A stretch of 64,000 nucleotides of DNA from Pseudomonadales bacterium. Lineage in GTDB: Bacteria; Patescibacteriota; Microgenomatia; UBA1400; PJMF01. This document shows, piece by piece, positions 13,667 through 22,984 of the stretch. The DNA is taken from the NCBI GenBank assembly GCA_020632255.1, contig JACKFX010000005.1:22827-86826 (forward strand), written 5' to 3'. The notes below the pieces were generated by a model that was not told the origin of the DNA, made no database searches, and saw only the letters and a list, made by a program, of their open reading frames with translations. The translations under genes and the position numbers were made by a program. How positions within the stretch are numbered: the first letter of the stretch is position 1; every line of letters begins with the position of its first letter.

Positions 13667-14242
13667 CTAGGTATCGTTACGATTAAATAACTCCTCAAAA
13701 ACCTCATCAACTATTTTGTACTTATCCTCAGTAAATACTACACAGTGGATTTCTTCAATTGCAGAATTCATATTTTCTGGATCAAAAAAATATCCCCCAA
13801 TACTTCGAGCCATTACTTTTGCCGCCTCATCCATAGGATATCCATAAATTCCAGTCGAGATAACCGGGAACGAAATAGTTCGAATGTTATACCGATCTGC
13901 CATCCATAAACAGTTCTTATAACATGCTGCCAGTAAATCTGCTTCCTTTCCGCCCTCTTTGCCATATACAGGCCCAACTGTGTGAATAATATACGAAGCG
14001 TTAAGGTTGAAGCCTTCTGTAATAATAACCTGTGATGGCTCCATACTGCCATACTGAGCACATGCCTCTTTCATGCCAGGACCAGCTGCCTCAGTAATTG
14101 CCTTATCAACACCTCCTGCCATCTCAAAAGTTCTAGTAGTGGTATTTACGATTGCATCGGTATCTTCTTGAGTAATATCTCCTTGAATTAAGACGATCGT
14201 TGGTTGATTTTCAAACTGCTTCCAGAATTCCTTTTTTTGCAT
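13667..14242 (-). CDS. Macro-domain protein (ADP-ribose/O-acetyl-ADP-ribose binding or deacetylase, YmdB-like)
   Basis: 191 aa; VLIQGDITQ...DAIVNTTN-like start, GGVDKAI, HTVGP, PVISTGIYGYP: macro-domain signatures. Confidence 0.8.
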   Translation of the reverse strand: MQKKEFWKQFENQPTIVLIQGDITQEDTDAIVNTTTRTFEMAGGVDKAITEAAGPGMKEACAQYGSMEPSQVIITEGFNLNASYIIHTVGPVYGKEGGKEADLLAACYKNCLWMADRYNIRTISFPVISTGIYGYPMDEAAKVMARSIGGYFFDPENMNSAIEEIHCVVFTEDKYKIVDEVFEELFNRNDT

Positions 14243-14305
14243 GGCTTGGTCAGTATGCCATACTCATTTTGTTTTTGCCATCAGCATCAAACAGAAACAT
14301 TTGAT

Positions 14306-15853
14306 TTAGGAAATATCTGTCAGCACTCTAAACTCCGACAACGTGAGAACATCAAAGACCTCCTGTGTTCCTGATGTATAACTTGAAACACTCAGTTTTC
14401 CCGTTTCAACAGAGTATTTTAGCGGTTCTACTACATGACGAAACGCATCTTTATCCAAAAAAGTCACCAATAATCCCTCAGATTGTGCCTGCGAGACAAG
14501 CTGCCCAATAGCCTCAAGGGTTTCTGTGTCATCAACTTCTGCCTCAGATATATATTTGAATTTTGATAAAAATGAGTGAATAGTTGTATCAGAAAGCACA
14601 AACTCTGCTTGAAACGGGGTAGTCAGCACAATTCCCTCAAGTGAACGTGCTCGAGACAGTGCTACATATGCCTGCCCATGCGCAAAAGTCCCTCTATCGA
14701 AATCAATAATCACATGATCAAACGTTTTTCCTTGACTTTTATGAATAGTAATTGCCCAAGCTAGGGTAAGTGGATACTGACGGTAGGTACCGGTCACCTC
14801 AGTCTGCAATCTATCAGATGCGGGATTGTACTCTATTTTGAACATTTCCCAAGTGTAGGGTGTGACCTCGACTTCCTCGCCAGTATCAAGTTCAACCAGA
14901 AGCACATCATCTTCGCCAGCTCCAACAGCTTTAACGCCGTCTACTTTACCTAAGCTCCCGTTAACCCATCTGCCATCACGATCGTTAGCTACCATCATTA
15001 CTTGAGCACCCACCTTAACTTCAAGTTTTTGTGGTGCTGGAGAAACACGACCACTGAGTGTGCCGCTCGACTCCGACTCATAGGTAAAACGCTCGCTAAA
15101 TAAACGATTTAAATGATAATCGTTAATCATTTGAGCCTTACGATTCGTAGTCGTCAAATGAATAAAAAACTTGTTGCTCGGCGTTTCAAACTGTGGGTCA
15201 AACCGAGCGTTGAGACGTTCGACATGCCTTTCTTCAAGCTGGTTATTTCGAATAGCCTGGAGAATTTCGATAAATGATTCATCAGACTGTCGATAGATTT
15301 TTTCAAGCTCTATAAACTCAAAACGTAATTGGTCAAATACATGCGCGGAAAAAAAGTAAGGGCTCTTGTAAACAGTCTTGAAGATACCTTCCTCTTCTTT
15401 TTTCACTACAGGTGGGAGTTGATGCAAATCACCGATAAACACCATCCTGACTCCACCAAATGGTTCGTTGACGTCACGACCATGAAGCCGCAACATCTCA
15501 TCAATACAATCTAACAAATCTGCTCGAACCATCGAAATCTCATCAATAACAACAACGTCAAGTTTTTTGAATAACCCTTTTTTATCTTTTTTTCGATAAA
15601 ATCGTTTGACTTTATCTACCGTTACATCAGGTCGAAACCCAAAAAAGGAGTGAATTGTCTGCCCATGAATAGTGAGTGCAGCAACGCCAGTTGGAGCCAA
15701 AAAAGCAACCTTCTTTTTGGTTTTTTGACGAAAAAAATCAAGTAACGTGGATTTACCGGTTCCGGCATATCCTGTCAAAAAAATGTGATTTTTAGCACTC
15801 TCGAGTCGCTCAAGCACTGGCAGGAGCGCAGCATCTAGCTTTGGAATACTCAT
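14306..15853 (-). CDS. PIF1/RecD-family (SF1B) DNA helicase with ~100-aa C-terminal extension
   Basis: 515 aa; Walker A GYAGTGKST, VVIDEISM (Walker B), QLPPV, a late SRARSLEG motif with HKSQG: PIF1/RecD-like. Its start overlaps the ruvX stop by 4 nt. Confidence 0.75.
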   Translation of the reverse strand: MSIPKLDAALLPVLERLESAKNHIFLTGYAGTGKSTLLDFFRQKTKKKVAFLAPTGVAALTIHGQTIHSFFGFRPDVTVDKVKRFYRKKDKKGLFKKLDVVVIDEISMVRADLLDCIDEMLRLHGRDVNEPFGGVRMVFIGDLHQLPPVVKKEEEGIFKTVYKSPYFFSAHVFDQLRFEFIELEKIYRQSDESFIEILQAIRNNQLEERHVERLNARFDPQFETPSNKFFIHLTTTNRKAQMINDYHLNRLFSERFTYESESSGTLSGRVSPAPQKLEVKVGAQVMMVANDRDGRWVNGSLGKVDGVKAVGAGEDDVLLVELDTGEEVEVTPYTWEMFKIEYNPASDRLQTEVTGTYRQYPLTLAWAITIHKSQGKTFDHVIIDFDRGTFAHGQAYVALSRARSLEGIVLTTPFQAEFVLSDTTIHSFLSKFKYISEAEVDDTETLEAIGQLVSQAQSEGLLVTFLDKDAFRHVVEPLKYSVETGKLSVSSYTSGTQEVFDVLTLSEFRVLTDIS

Positions 15854-16239
15854 ACACCTGCTTCCTGATTGTCAATCCATTGTTGCAAAAACTCGGCTGC
15901 AGCAAAGTGATCGATATGACCAGATCGTTTTGATTTTTTTGCAGTCTGTAGCTTCTCATGAACGGTCTTCGAGCTGAGTGTTTCATCGGTAAAAAAAATC
16001 GGAAGATCGGTATGTTTGGCTAGCTCTGCGGCAAAACCTCTGCTTTTTTCTGCCATTTCCTGTTCCGAAAGTCCAACTACTATTTGTTCAATATTTTCTT
16101 CACTAAGAATTTTTTTTATCCGGGTAAAAACAGTCTCATCGTTCGGAATAATCTCCAAAGGATCGGCAAGCGTAGCCCGGCTCACAGCTAAACCTATTCG
16201 CACTGTTCCAAAATCAATAGCAAGGGTTGTGGGTATCAT
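15850..16239 (-). CDS. ruvX: RuvC-like Holliday-junction-resolvase-family protein YqgF/RuvX
   Basis: 129 aa; LAIDFGTVRIGLAVS and an acidic motif consistent with the YqgF fold. Confidence 0.8.
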   Translation of the reverse strand: MIPTTLAIDFGTVRIGLAVSRATLADPLEIIPNDETVFTRIKKILSEENIEQIVVGLSEQEMAEKSRGFAAELAKHTDLPIFFTDETLSSKTVHEKLQTAKKSKRSGHIDHFAAAEFLQQWIDNQEAGV

Positions 16240-16294
16240 GCTGGTATTGTAGCAGTGTTTTTTAACAAAAACGACTGACCAGCATTTTCAGCAT

Positions 16295-16711
16295 TTGCTT
16301 GATATAATAATCAGTATGAAACAAACAAGAACTGACATACCTCCTGGAAAAATGTACCTTATTGAAAAATACGAGAGAAAATATGGAACAACAGCAGTAC
16401 GACTCGTGATTCTTGTAGTGCTTGCGCTTGTAGCAACAGTACTAGCCAGCTTCTATCTGGAGTACGAAGCCATTAAAAATGGCAAGTACGCAACTCAAAA
16501 CAATGGCATGCACATCAATATTACCAACTCAGCTGGAGAGAGCGTTCAAATGGATAGTTTTAATGAGTTTTCTGCAAGTTCAGAAGCCAGTATGGATGAA
16601 ATTAAAGCCAACATGGAACAAATGAAAGCTGACTTTGAAAACAGTACAACTCGTATTGAAACCAAAACTGTCATCAATGGTAAAACTATAGAACACACCA
16701 TAGTAGAGTAG
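16295..16711 (+). CDS. Small membrane protein, unknown function
   Basis: 138 aa, one predicted TM helix (VRLVILVVLALVATVLASFYL); divergent from ruvX; no recognised motif. Confidence 0.4.
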   Translation: MLDIIISMKQTRTDIPPGKMYLIEKYERKYGTTAVRLVILVVLALVATVLASFYLEYEAIKNGKYATQNNGMHINITNSAGESVQMDSFNEFSASSEASMDEIKANMEQMKADFENSTTRIETKTVINGKTIEHTIVE

Positions 16712-16715
16712 TTCT

Positions 16716-17672
16716 CTACTGCACCAACTGTGCAGTCACCACTCCACGACGTAAATACGTTCCTTCTGGAGTACAGGTGACCAGCTTAAGTTGACGGGCA
16801 TCATACTGCTGAGTCAAAATATAGACATCTTCTGGCTGAACCTCAGCCTTCTCCTGCACAATATAGCGATACTTGACTCCATCGTAAGTGACGATGATTT
16901 CGTCACCATTCTTCATGGTCATGATTGTACTAAATATCGAGTTGTACCTTCGTGGATTTTTCTCACTTGGATTATAAAATTGACGCAAGACGGAGTGTCC
17001 AAATATTACTGGTGCACCAGGATTTCCTGGTAATGCAGTGCCTTCATACGAAATCAGCGAGTTATTCAAATCAGTTCCTCCAATCTTGACTTTTGCATTA
17101 TATATATCAAGGGACGGAATATCGAGGGTAAACTCTTTCACAATATCTGGGCGTTGTACTTGACCAGTTGCTAACTCTGGTAATGAACCCGTAAACCAGT
17201 TTGAAAGGTTGGTATAGTCGAGTTCCTCATCAATAATTATGGGTACATCATCTTCATCACTACTGCTGATAGTACCAGCCACACTCCCTGATGTATCTAT
17301 TACAAGTGGAGTCACATCCATAACTTCACTTCGAGGAATCGGAGCTAAAAGTGAGCTTGTCTGCAAAGCAGGACTTGTCTGGACGTAGTATGCCATGATT
17401 GGAAAAACGGCACTTCCCACCAGATAAATTCCAAACGAAAGTAGAGCCACAGGCACAACAAAAGCCCCAAGTCTAACTATTTTGGGTACTCGATTGATAA
17501 CTCGTCGCTCCCGCTTCTTTTCAAAATCTGCTTCTACTTTGTCGATAACTGAAATTCTATCAAGCTGTTTCTGAATTTTTTCTTCAATCTCTTCTAGTGC
17601 AACCCCACGAAGTAACGCCTTTCGATAGAGTGTCACCAGTTCTTGCTGGAGGGCAGACTTCTTTGTACTCAT
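16716..17672 (-). CDS. Sortase-family transpeptidase with long N-terminal cytoplasmic extension
   Basis: 318 aa; TM helix then catalytic domain with VIFGHS (His) and the signature KLVTCTP (TLxTC Cys motif). Confidence 0.8.
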   Translation of the reverse strand: MSTKKSALQQELVTLYRKALLRGVALEEIEEKIQKQLDRISVIDKVEADFEKKRERRVINRVPKIVRLGAFVVPVALLSFGIYLVGSAVFPIMAYYVQTSPALQTSSLLAPIPRSEVMDVTPLVIDTSGSVAGTISSSDEDDVPIIIDEELDYTNLSNWFTGSLPELATGQVQRPDIVKEFTLDIPSLDIYNAKVKIGGTDLNNSLISYEGTALPGNPGAPVIFGHSVLRQFYNPSEKNPRRYNSIFSTIMTMKNGDEIIVTYDGVKYRYIVQEKAEVQPEDVYILTQQYDARQLKLVTCTPEGTYLRRGVVTAQLVQ

Positions 17673-17679
17673 CTCACGG

Positions 17680-19971
17680 TTACTCTTCTACAATTGTGAT
17701 TGTTACTTTTTGTGCATCTGCAGGTACCTTCGAAAGCAGTGATGGAGAAATAGTGATAGACGCTGTATCTATAGCTTGATGGTCCTCAAGGTTTTTGGTG
17801 GCATCTTCGCTCGATTTACCAAGAATATATGGATACAGACTTTCTATATCTAGTTCTGGAATTGCCTTCGAAGTAATGTTTGCCAAAATCATGGTGGCAC
17901 TCTCTGTTGCTTCATCATCCTTAAGCGGTTGAGACATAATGTCTGGGACCTGATCAGACAAGAAATACCCCTCCGGAACTTCAGACTTCAATAGCTCCGT
18001 TGCAAGTGGCTGCAGACTTTCTGCGCTATACTTGAGAGCTTCCACCGTTAACGTGACATAAGCGGTCACTTCATTAACCTCATCATCAATCTCAGAACTA
18101 AACGTAACTGACTTCTTAGTGATTGCAAGAGTTGGGAGTACATACTCACCAGCACCCATCATATCTTCTAACTCTTTAAGTGCTTGTACTTCTAACTCTG
18201 TTTGGAGTTCTTTAACTGCCTCAGCCTGGTCACTTGCCGACACGACTCTTACCTCCCGACTCGATCCACCACTAAAATCATCCTTGGCCACAGCCTCGTA
18301 GGAGCTATCGGCAAATGAGCTCACGGTTAGCTCGGTATCTTTTGAGATATTTCCTTCTGCGCCAATATCTGTTGCAGTCACAGCTGTTTCCAGAGTACCA
18401 TATTCTTTCTCCTCGCCAGAAGTTTTTTCGATAACTGTGGCTGCCGGAACAGTCACATCTTCATCGAGTGTAAACTCTCTGTCACCAGTTTTAACAACAG
18501 TACCAGCAGCTAAATCTTTATCGGCAGTTGTCTTGTTGTACAACTTAATCATACCCTTCGCATTTTCACCCACAATTTTTACGCCAGTGGTCAGAATGGT
18601 ATTCTCACCAGATACTTCATGAGTAATAGTCTCTGCAGCTAAGATGGCGTCTTCAACATTCGTTTCAGAAATATCTGCGCTGACGGCAATAGTTGCTTCG
18701 GTGGCCACTGTTCTTTTATCGAGAGTTATTGCCACCACTGCTGTCGTTTGAAAAAGTACAAACGCACCGGCCAAAAGCGCCAAAACAAGAATACCAAGAC
18801 CAAGGCCAAGACCGATAAAAACTTTTGGGTTCATATGATGCTTTTTGAAAAAACTTCCGTTCGCCTTTTTTGCTTGTGGAATGTCTTCATCTTTATCATC
18901 ATCATCATCTTCAGTTTTTGGTAAAACTGGATTTGAAGAGGAGGTATTTAAAACTGTTGCAGGAACTGCCACATTTGCAATAGGAATCCCAAACGAAGTT
19001 GGTGCCTCAGTGGTATCCATCTCATCAACTGCTGTCTCGTGCATCATACTCGCCGCCTGCTTCTTGGTAACCTCGCTAAATCCCAACTCTTCTGCAGAAA
19101 CTGGTTGGACATTCGCGGTTTCATCTTTTACTGGTGAAAATTGATCTTTAAGTGGGATCCTTGCTTTATTTTTAGCTGTTGCCAAACCTTTTGCGTCAGA
19201 AATCGCGTCACCCGCTGCTTGCACAATTTGAGAAACATATTCCTGCTCGGACATTGCCACAATCATTGGTGCCTGCAAAAACTTAGCAGAATCTGTAAGA
19301 TTTTCTGCAAGTAATGCCTGCTGAATTGTCTGCAAATCCTCTTCTGATTCTTCGAGCGAAACTAAAAAAATTTGGGGCGGAAGGTAGGTGGCTCTTTCGT
19401 CATTTGCTTGAGCAAATCTTGCCAAACCTTCTATGATATCCTTCGATACCAGATCTGATCTACCAACAACTTCTGTCCCACTCACCACAGCCCGATCGAC
19501 AACGGTGATGGTTACTGCCGAAGATGATATAGCTGCAAAAATACCTGAAAAACGTGGGTTGTTTTGAATTGCAAAACTAGAAATGGCTTCAATCGATTCG
19601 ACAAACCCAATTGGCGATAAATCAAGCTCGTCTGTAATGGACTTGATACATGGTTTTTTGTCTAGAGCAATGTCTCCATGCAACACCCAACCCTGATCGA
19701 GAATGAAAATGACATCATTCGTATTCTCAGACTCAGTACCCAAATCTTGCAGTAGAGTATCCGTAACTGTTACTGCTTCCGAAACACTTTTGTAAGACTT
19801 AGCTTTTGATTCCCTAACTAATGTGACACGCCCCTCTTGTAACTGTAAAAGTAAGGTCTTTACGACTGAATTTGTAATCCAAACTCCGAGAACAAAGAGC
19901 CCAGGTGACTGCGTTTCTGAAACTGCTTGATTTGATGACCCAAATGATAGTAATGGCATAATGGCTAACAC
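17680..19971 (-). CDS. Large bitopic membrane protein: cytoplasmic N-terminal domain (actin-like/FtsA-PilM-like?), acidic linker, TM helix, ~350-aa extracytoplasmic domain
   Basis: 763 aa. The N-terminal region resembles an actin-fold phosphate-1 segment (FVLGVWITNSVVKTLL). Then EDDDDDKDED, one TM helix (VFIGLGLGLGILVLALLAGAFVLF) and a Thr/Val-rich C-terminal domain; no LPXTG. Function not assignable. Confidence 0.5.
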   Translation of the reverse strand: MLAIMPLLSFGSSNQAVSETQSPGLFVLGVWITNSVVKTLLLQLQEGRVTLVRESKAKSYKSVSEAVTVTDTLLQDLGTESENTNDVIFILDQGWVLHGDIALDKKPCIKSITDELDLSPIGFVESIEAISSFAIQNNPRFSGIFAAISSSAVTITVVDRAVVSGTEVVGRSDLVSKDIIEGLARFAQANDERATYLPPQIFLVSLEESEEDLQTIQQALLAENLTDSAKFLQAPMIVAMSEQEYVSQIVQAAGDAISDAKGLATAKNKARIPLKDQFSPVKDETANVQPVSAEELGFSEVTKKQAASMMHETAVDEMDTTEAPTSFGIPIANVAVPATVLNTSSSNPVLPKTEDDDDDKDEDIPQAKKANGSFFKKHHMNPKVFIGLGLGLGILVLALLAGAFVLFQTTAVVAITLDKRTVATEATIAVSADISETNVEDAILAAETITHEVSGENTILTTGVKIVGENAKGMIKLYNKTTADKDLAAGTVVKTGDREFTLDEDVTVPAATVIEKTSGEEKEYGTLETAVTATDIGAEGNISKDTELTVSSFADSSYEAVAKDDFSGGSSREVRVVSASDQAEAVKELQTELEVQALKELEDMMGAGEYVLPTLAITKKSVTFSSEIDDEVNEVTAYVTLTVEALKYSAESLQPLATELLKSEVPEGYFLSDQVPDIMSQPLKDDEATESATMILANITSKAIPELDIESLYPYILGKSSEDATKNLEDHQAIDTASITISPSLLSKVPADAQKVTITIVEE

Positions 19972-20076
19972 AGCAAAACCTCAACACGGCAAGTGCTGCA
20001 TATCTATTAAAGCAAAAAACTGATGTCTTGAGAAGGAGTACGTGATCTCTTATCTATCACATATTCCATAGTGTTA

Positions 20077-21945
20077 CTATTTTTTGGTTCTAAGATACAC
20101 CCTGCGCACACCAGCTGAAGCAGACTGTTCTTTGAAAATCTCGACTGGACCAATTTCGCCCGTTCGAGTTACATGTGGACCTCCACAAAACTCTTTAGAA
20201 ATCCAATCTGAGTCTGGATCAGTACCAATGGTGTACACAGTCACTTCATCAGGATACTTCTCAACAAAAAAGGCAATTGCACCTGAGTCTAATGCTGCTT
20301 GTTTTTCAAGCGTCTGCACTCTCACTGGCAAATCCCTAACGATCCACTCATTTACTTGATCCTCAACTTGTTTCTTTTCTTCTTCACTCAGAGGAGCACT
20401 ATGCGAAAAGTCAAAACGTAAACGCTCGTGAGTAATGTTAGAACCCTTTTGTTGTACATGGGTGCCCAATACTTTTCTGAGGGCTGCGTGCAACAAGTGT
20501 GTTGCAGTGTGATACCGGGTTGTCTGCTCGCTATGATCTGCAAGCCCACCTTTAAATTTTGCACTAGATGCCTGACGAGAAGCTTCTGCATGCATTTTCT
20601 TAGCTTCATCAAAGTCCTCTTGTGACACACTATCTCCTCGTTCAGATGCAATTTCCTGTGTCAACTCAAATGGAAAACCATAGGTTTCGTAGAGTTTGAA
20701 GGCAACTTCTCCATCGACTTTTTCAATTTTTTCTAACTCTCGAAGACCTCTTTCGAGTGCTTTTTGAAACTTATTTTCTTCAGAAGCAAATGCTAATGTT
20801 ATTCGATCTAATTTCTTTTGTACATCGGGATATGGTTTAGAATACATTTCTGCGACAACCCGAGCAATATCTGCCAGAAAAGCCTGCTCAATCCCTATCA
20901 TCTTTCCGAACCTTATGGCGCGACGAAGTAAGCGACGAGAAAAGTATCCCTGTTCTTTATTACTTGGTAACACCCCATCTGCTGCCAACATTGTTGCAGC
21001 CCGAACGTGATCTGCAATAACTCTAAACGAGCGATTTACTTCAGTACTTTTCCCGTATTTCTTTCCAGATATTTCTTCAAGTTTAGAAATGATTGGAGAA
21101 AATACTTCTGTCGTAAAAACATCATAAGAGTCATCTATGACCGCTAGTATTCTCTCAAACCCACCTCCGAAGTCAACGTTTTTCTGTGACAATTCTTTGA
21201 ATGAGCCATCCTCCTGTTTTTGGTACTGCATAAAAACTGAGTTACCAATTTCGAGAAATCGACCACAGTCACAATTAACGTGACAAACTTCATCCTTAAA
21301 CTCACTCTTTTCATGAATCCTTTTGTCTGCACCAAAGTCATAGAAAACTTCACTATCTGGACCTCCTGGTTCTCCAGCCGGCATGTTAGCTGGCACTCCA
21401 GCTCGAGACCACCAGTTTTTCTTTTCATCGTAGAAGAAAATTCTGTTGTCTTTCAGACCTTCGGTCTCAGGATCTTCACCAACAGTTGCCACAACACCTA
21501 CTTCCGAGAATAACTCTTTCCAGAGCTCAACTGACTCGTCGTCTCGACCTATTCTCAACTCATCATTACCTGAAAAAACAGTTACAAATAGTTTTTCTGG
21601 ATCAAGCCCAGTTTCTTTGGTTAAGAAAGTGAAAAACCATCGAAGTTGTTCTTTTTTAAAGTAGTCACCAAGTGACCAATTTCCAAGCATTTCAAAAAAG
21701 GTGATATGACGGTTGTCGCCCACTTCTTCAATGTCCTGAGAACGGAAACATTTCTGGCTGTCAGCTATTCTGCTCCCTTTTGGATGAGTCTCACCTAGTA
21801 AGTAGGGAACCATTGGCTGCATTCCAGAACCAGTGAAGAGTGTTGTGGGATCATTTTCTGGCACCATAGCAGCAGAAGGCACCACGGCGTGCCCCTGTTG
21901 CTCAAAAAAATCTAAATACTTTTGTCGTAACTCATTTGCTTTCAT
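20077..21945 (-). CDS. alaS: Alanine--tRNA ligase, short form lacking the C-terminal C-Ala domain (start re-placed at ATG 21945)
   Basis: Canonical N-terminus MKANELRQKYLDFFEQQGH, class-II core, and editing-domain HxxxH motif (HTATHLLHAAL ... GGPHV). Total ~622 aa versus ~870 typical. The ORF-track extension to 22026 lies in the leader. Confidence 0.85.
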   Translation of the reverse strand: MKANELRQKYLDFFEQQGHAVVPSAAMVPENDPTTLFTGSGMQPMVPYLLGETHPKGSRIADSQKCFRSQDIEEVGDNRHITFFEMLGNWSLGDYFKKEQLRWFFTFLTKETGLDPEKLFVTVFSGNDELRIGRDDESVELWKELFSEVGVVATVGEDPETEGLKDNRIFFYDEKKNWWSRAGVPANMPAGEPGGPDSEVFYDFGADKRIHEKSEFKDEVCHVNCDCGRFLEIGNSVFMQYQKQEDGSFKELSQKNVDFGGGFERILAVIDDSYDVFTTEVFSPIISKLEEISGKKYGKSTEVNRSFRVIADHVRAATMLAADGVLPSNKEQGYFSRRLLRRAIRFGKMIGIEQAFLADIARVVAEMYSKPYPDVQKKLDRITLAFASEENKFQKALERGLRELEKIEKVDGEVAFKLYETYGFPFELTQEIASERGDSVSQEDFDEAKKMHAEASRQASSAKFKGGLADHSEQTTRYHTATHLLHAALRKVLGTHVQQKGSNITHERLRFDFSHSAPLSEEEKKQVEDQVNEWIVRDLPVRVQTLEKQAALDSGAIAFFVEKYPDEVTVYTIGTDPDSDWISKEFCGGPHVTRTGEIGPVEIFKEQSASAGVRRVYLRTKK

Positions 21946-22260
21946 AATTACCTCTTCTAGGGGACAAAAAAACGTCCCTCCATACATAGTTTGTACAGAC
22001 AAGGACGAGTAATCTCGTGGTACCACCTTGCTTCATCTTGCATGTCTCCATGCAAGATCTCTGCGGCTTGATAGCCAACCCCTTTTTACGGTGGGTCTCC
22101 GGATCTATTTAGATACAATGCATGGTCATAGATCAGCTCACAAGTGGCCCAAAGTCTGTATTTTGTCCTGGTCTCACCATCCAGAATTCTCTGTAAAAAC
22201 ACGGGAACTTTTTCTCTTGCTCAACGCTTTTATTGTTTTAACAATCGTTATTATAACAAA
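21946..22260 (-). promoter_or_regulatory. Candidate T-box riboswitch leader of alaS with extended -10 promoter
   Basis: The minus-strand RNA contains AAGCAAGGTGGTACCACGAG (plus 22014..22029), close to the T-box consensus AGGGTGGNACCGCG. Leader length ~300 nt; TGtTATAAT extended -10 at plus 22249..22257; GA-rich 5' region; candidate specifier GCC-A. Confidence 0.5.
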
Positions 22261-22270
22261 TGCAACTCAG

Positions 22271-22636
22271 TTATACACCAGAAAATTTTTTCTGTTTTTT
22301 CTTAGAAGGAGATTTTGCTAGCGTAGGAGAAACTTTTTTGCGTTTTTTAGACCGAGTCTTCTTTAACTCTGCATCCTCAAGTGACTCATACTCCGCCATC
22401 TGTGCAACTACATGAGAAATAATTTCAGTTGCCGTCATCGTCTCGTCAGGAATAAGTTTTTTTTCTTTCAGCGCTGTCTTAAACTCAAGAATTTCATCAT
22501 GAAGTTCTTCAGTGAGTGCTTTTCCTGGTTCCGAGCTTAAAAAATATGACAGAGCTACCCCAGCCACTGCCCCCAAAGAAAATCCAAGAGGGAACTCAGA
22601 GTTATTTTGATTTTGACTTTGATTTCGAGCTGTCAT
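22271..22636 (-). CDS. YtxH-like small membrane/coiled-coil protein (start uncertain)
   Basis: The C-terminal ~110 aa (FPLGFSLGAVAGVALSYFLSSEPGKALTEELHDE...) match the YtxH/DUF948-type glycine-zipper plus helix pattern. The N-terminal 41 aa of the ORF-track version is not conserved-looking and overlaps the upstream gene. Confidence 0.45.
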   Translation of the reverse strand: MTARNQSQNQNNSEFPLGFSLGAVAGVALSYFLSSEPGKALTEELHDEILEFKTALKEKKLIPDETMTATEIISHVVAQMAEYESLEDAELKKTRSKKRKKVSPTLAKSPSKKKQKKFSGV

Positions 22637-22892
22637 CGCGCTTTTGCATAATGTCCATAAATACCTCAAGAAACTTACTGCCTGCCTTAAAGGCAGAAGA
22701 GGCTGAAGCAATTGATTGCAAAGGTGACACAACCATATCGATGCGCCTATCAACATCATCGATGGTAGAGTTAACCTTTTTAAGGGTTATTCTCAATTCT
22801 GCCAAAGTTAAAATCACCTGTACACCAACTACGGAAAGTACGATGGTGAGTACAACAAGTACAATGCTAAAAACGATTGGTACAAAATCCAT
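22602..22892 (-). CDS. DUF948-like small membrane protein
   Basis: 96 aa; N-terminal TM helix then a coiled-coil segment and a Lys/Ser-rich tail; typical architecture of DUF948 proteins that pair with YtxH in Firmicutes. Confidence 0.5.
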   Translation of the reverse strand: MDFVPIVFSIVLVVLTIVLSVVGVQVILTLAELRITLKKVNSTIDDVDRRIDMVVSPLQSIASASSAFKAGSKFLEVFMDIMQKRDDSSKSKSKSK

Positions 22893-22984
22893 ATATTCCT
22901 TGTCTGTCTGATATTCTAAGAGCTACTAGCTTCTATCATACTGCAGATTGCTGTCTGAGACAACAAAACATTCTCTCCATGAAA

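Noticed and set aside
13813-14061. 82-aa ORF inside macro-domain gene
   Set aside because: Alternative frame of a gene with strong macro-domain motifs; no independent support.
21946-22026. N-terminal 27-codon extension of the alaS ORF
   Set aside because: Canonical AlaRS start MKANELRQKY with AGAAGAGG RBS is at 21945; the extension overlaps the T-box-like element and hairpin, so is treated as leader RNA.
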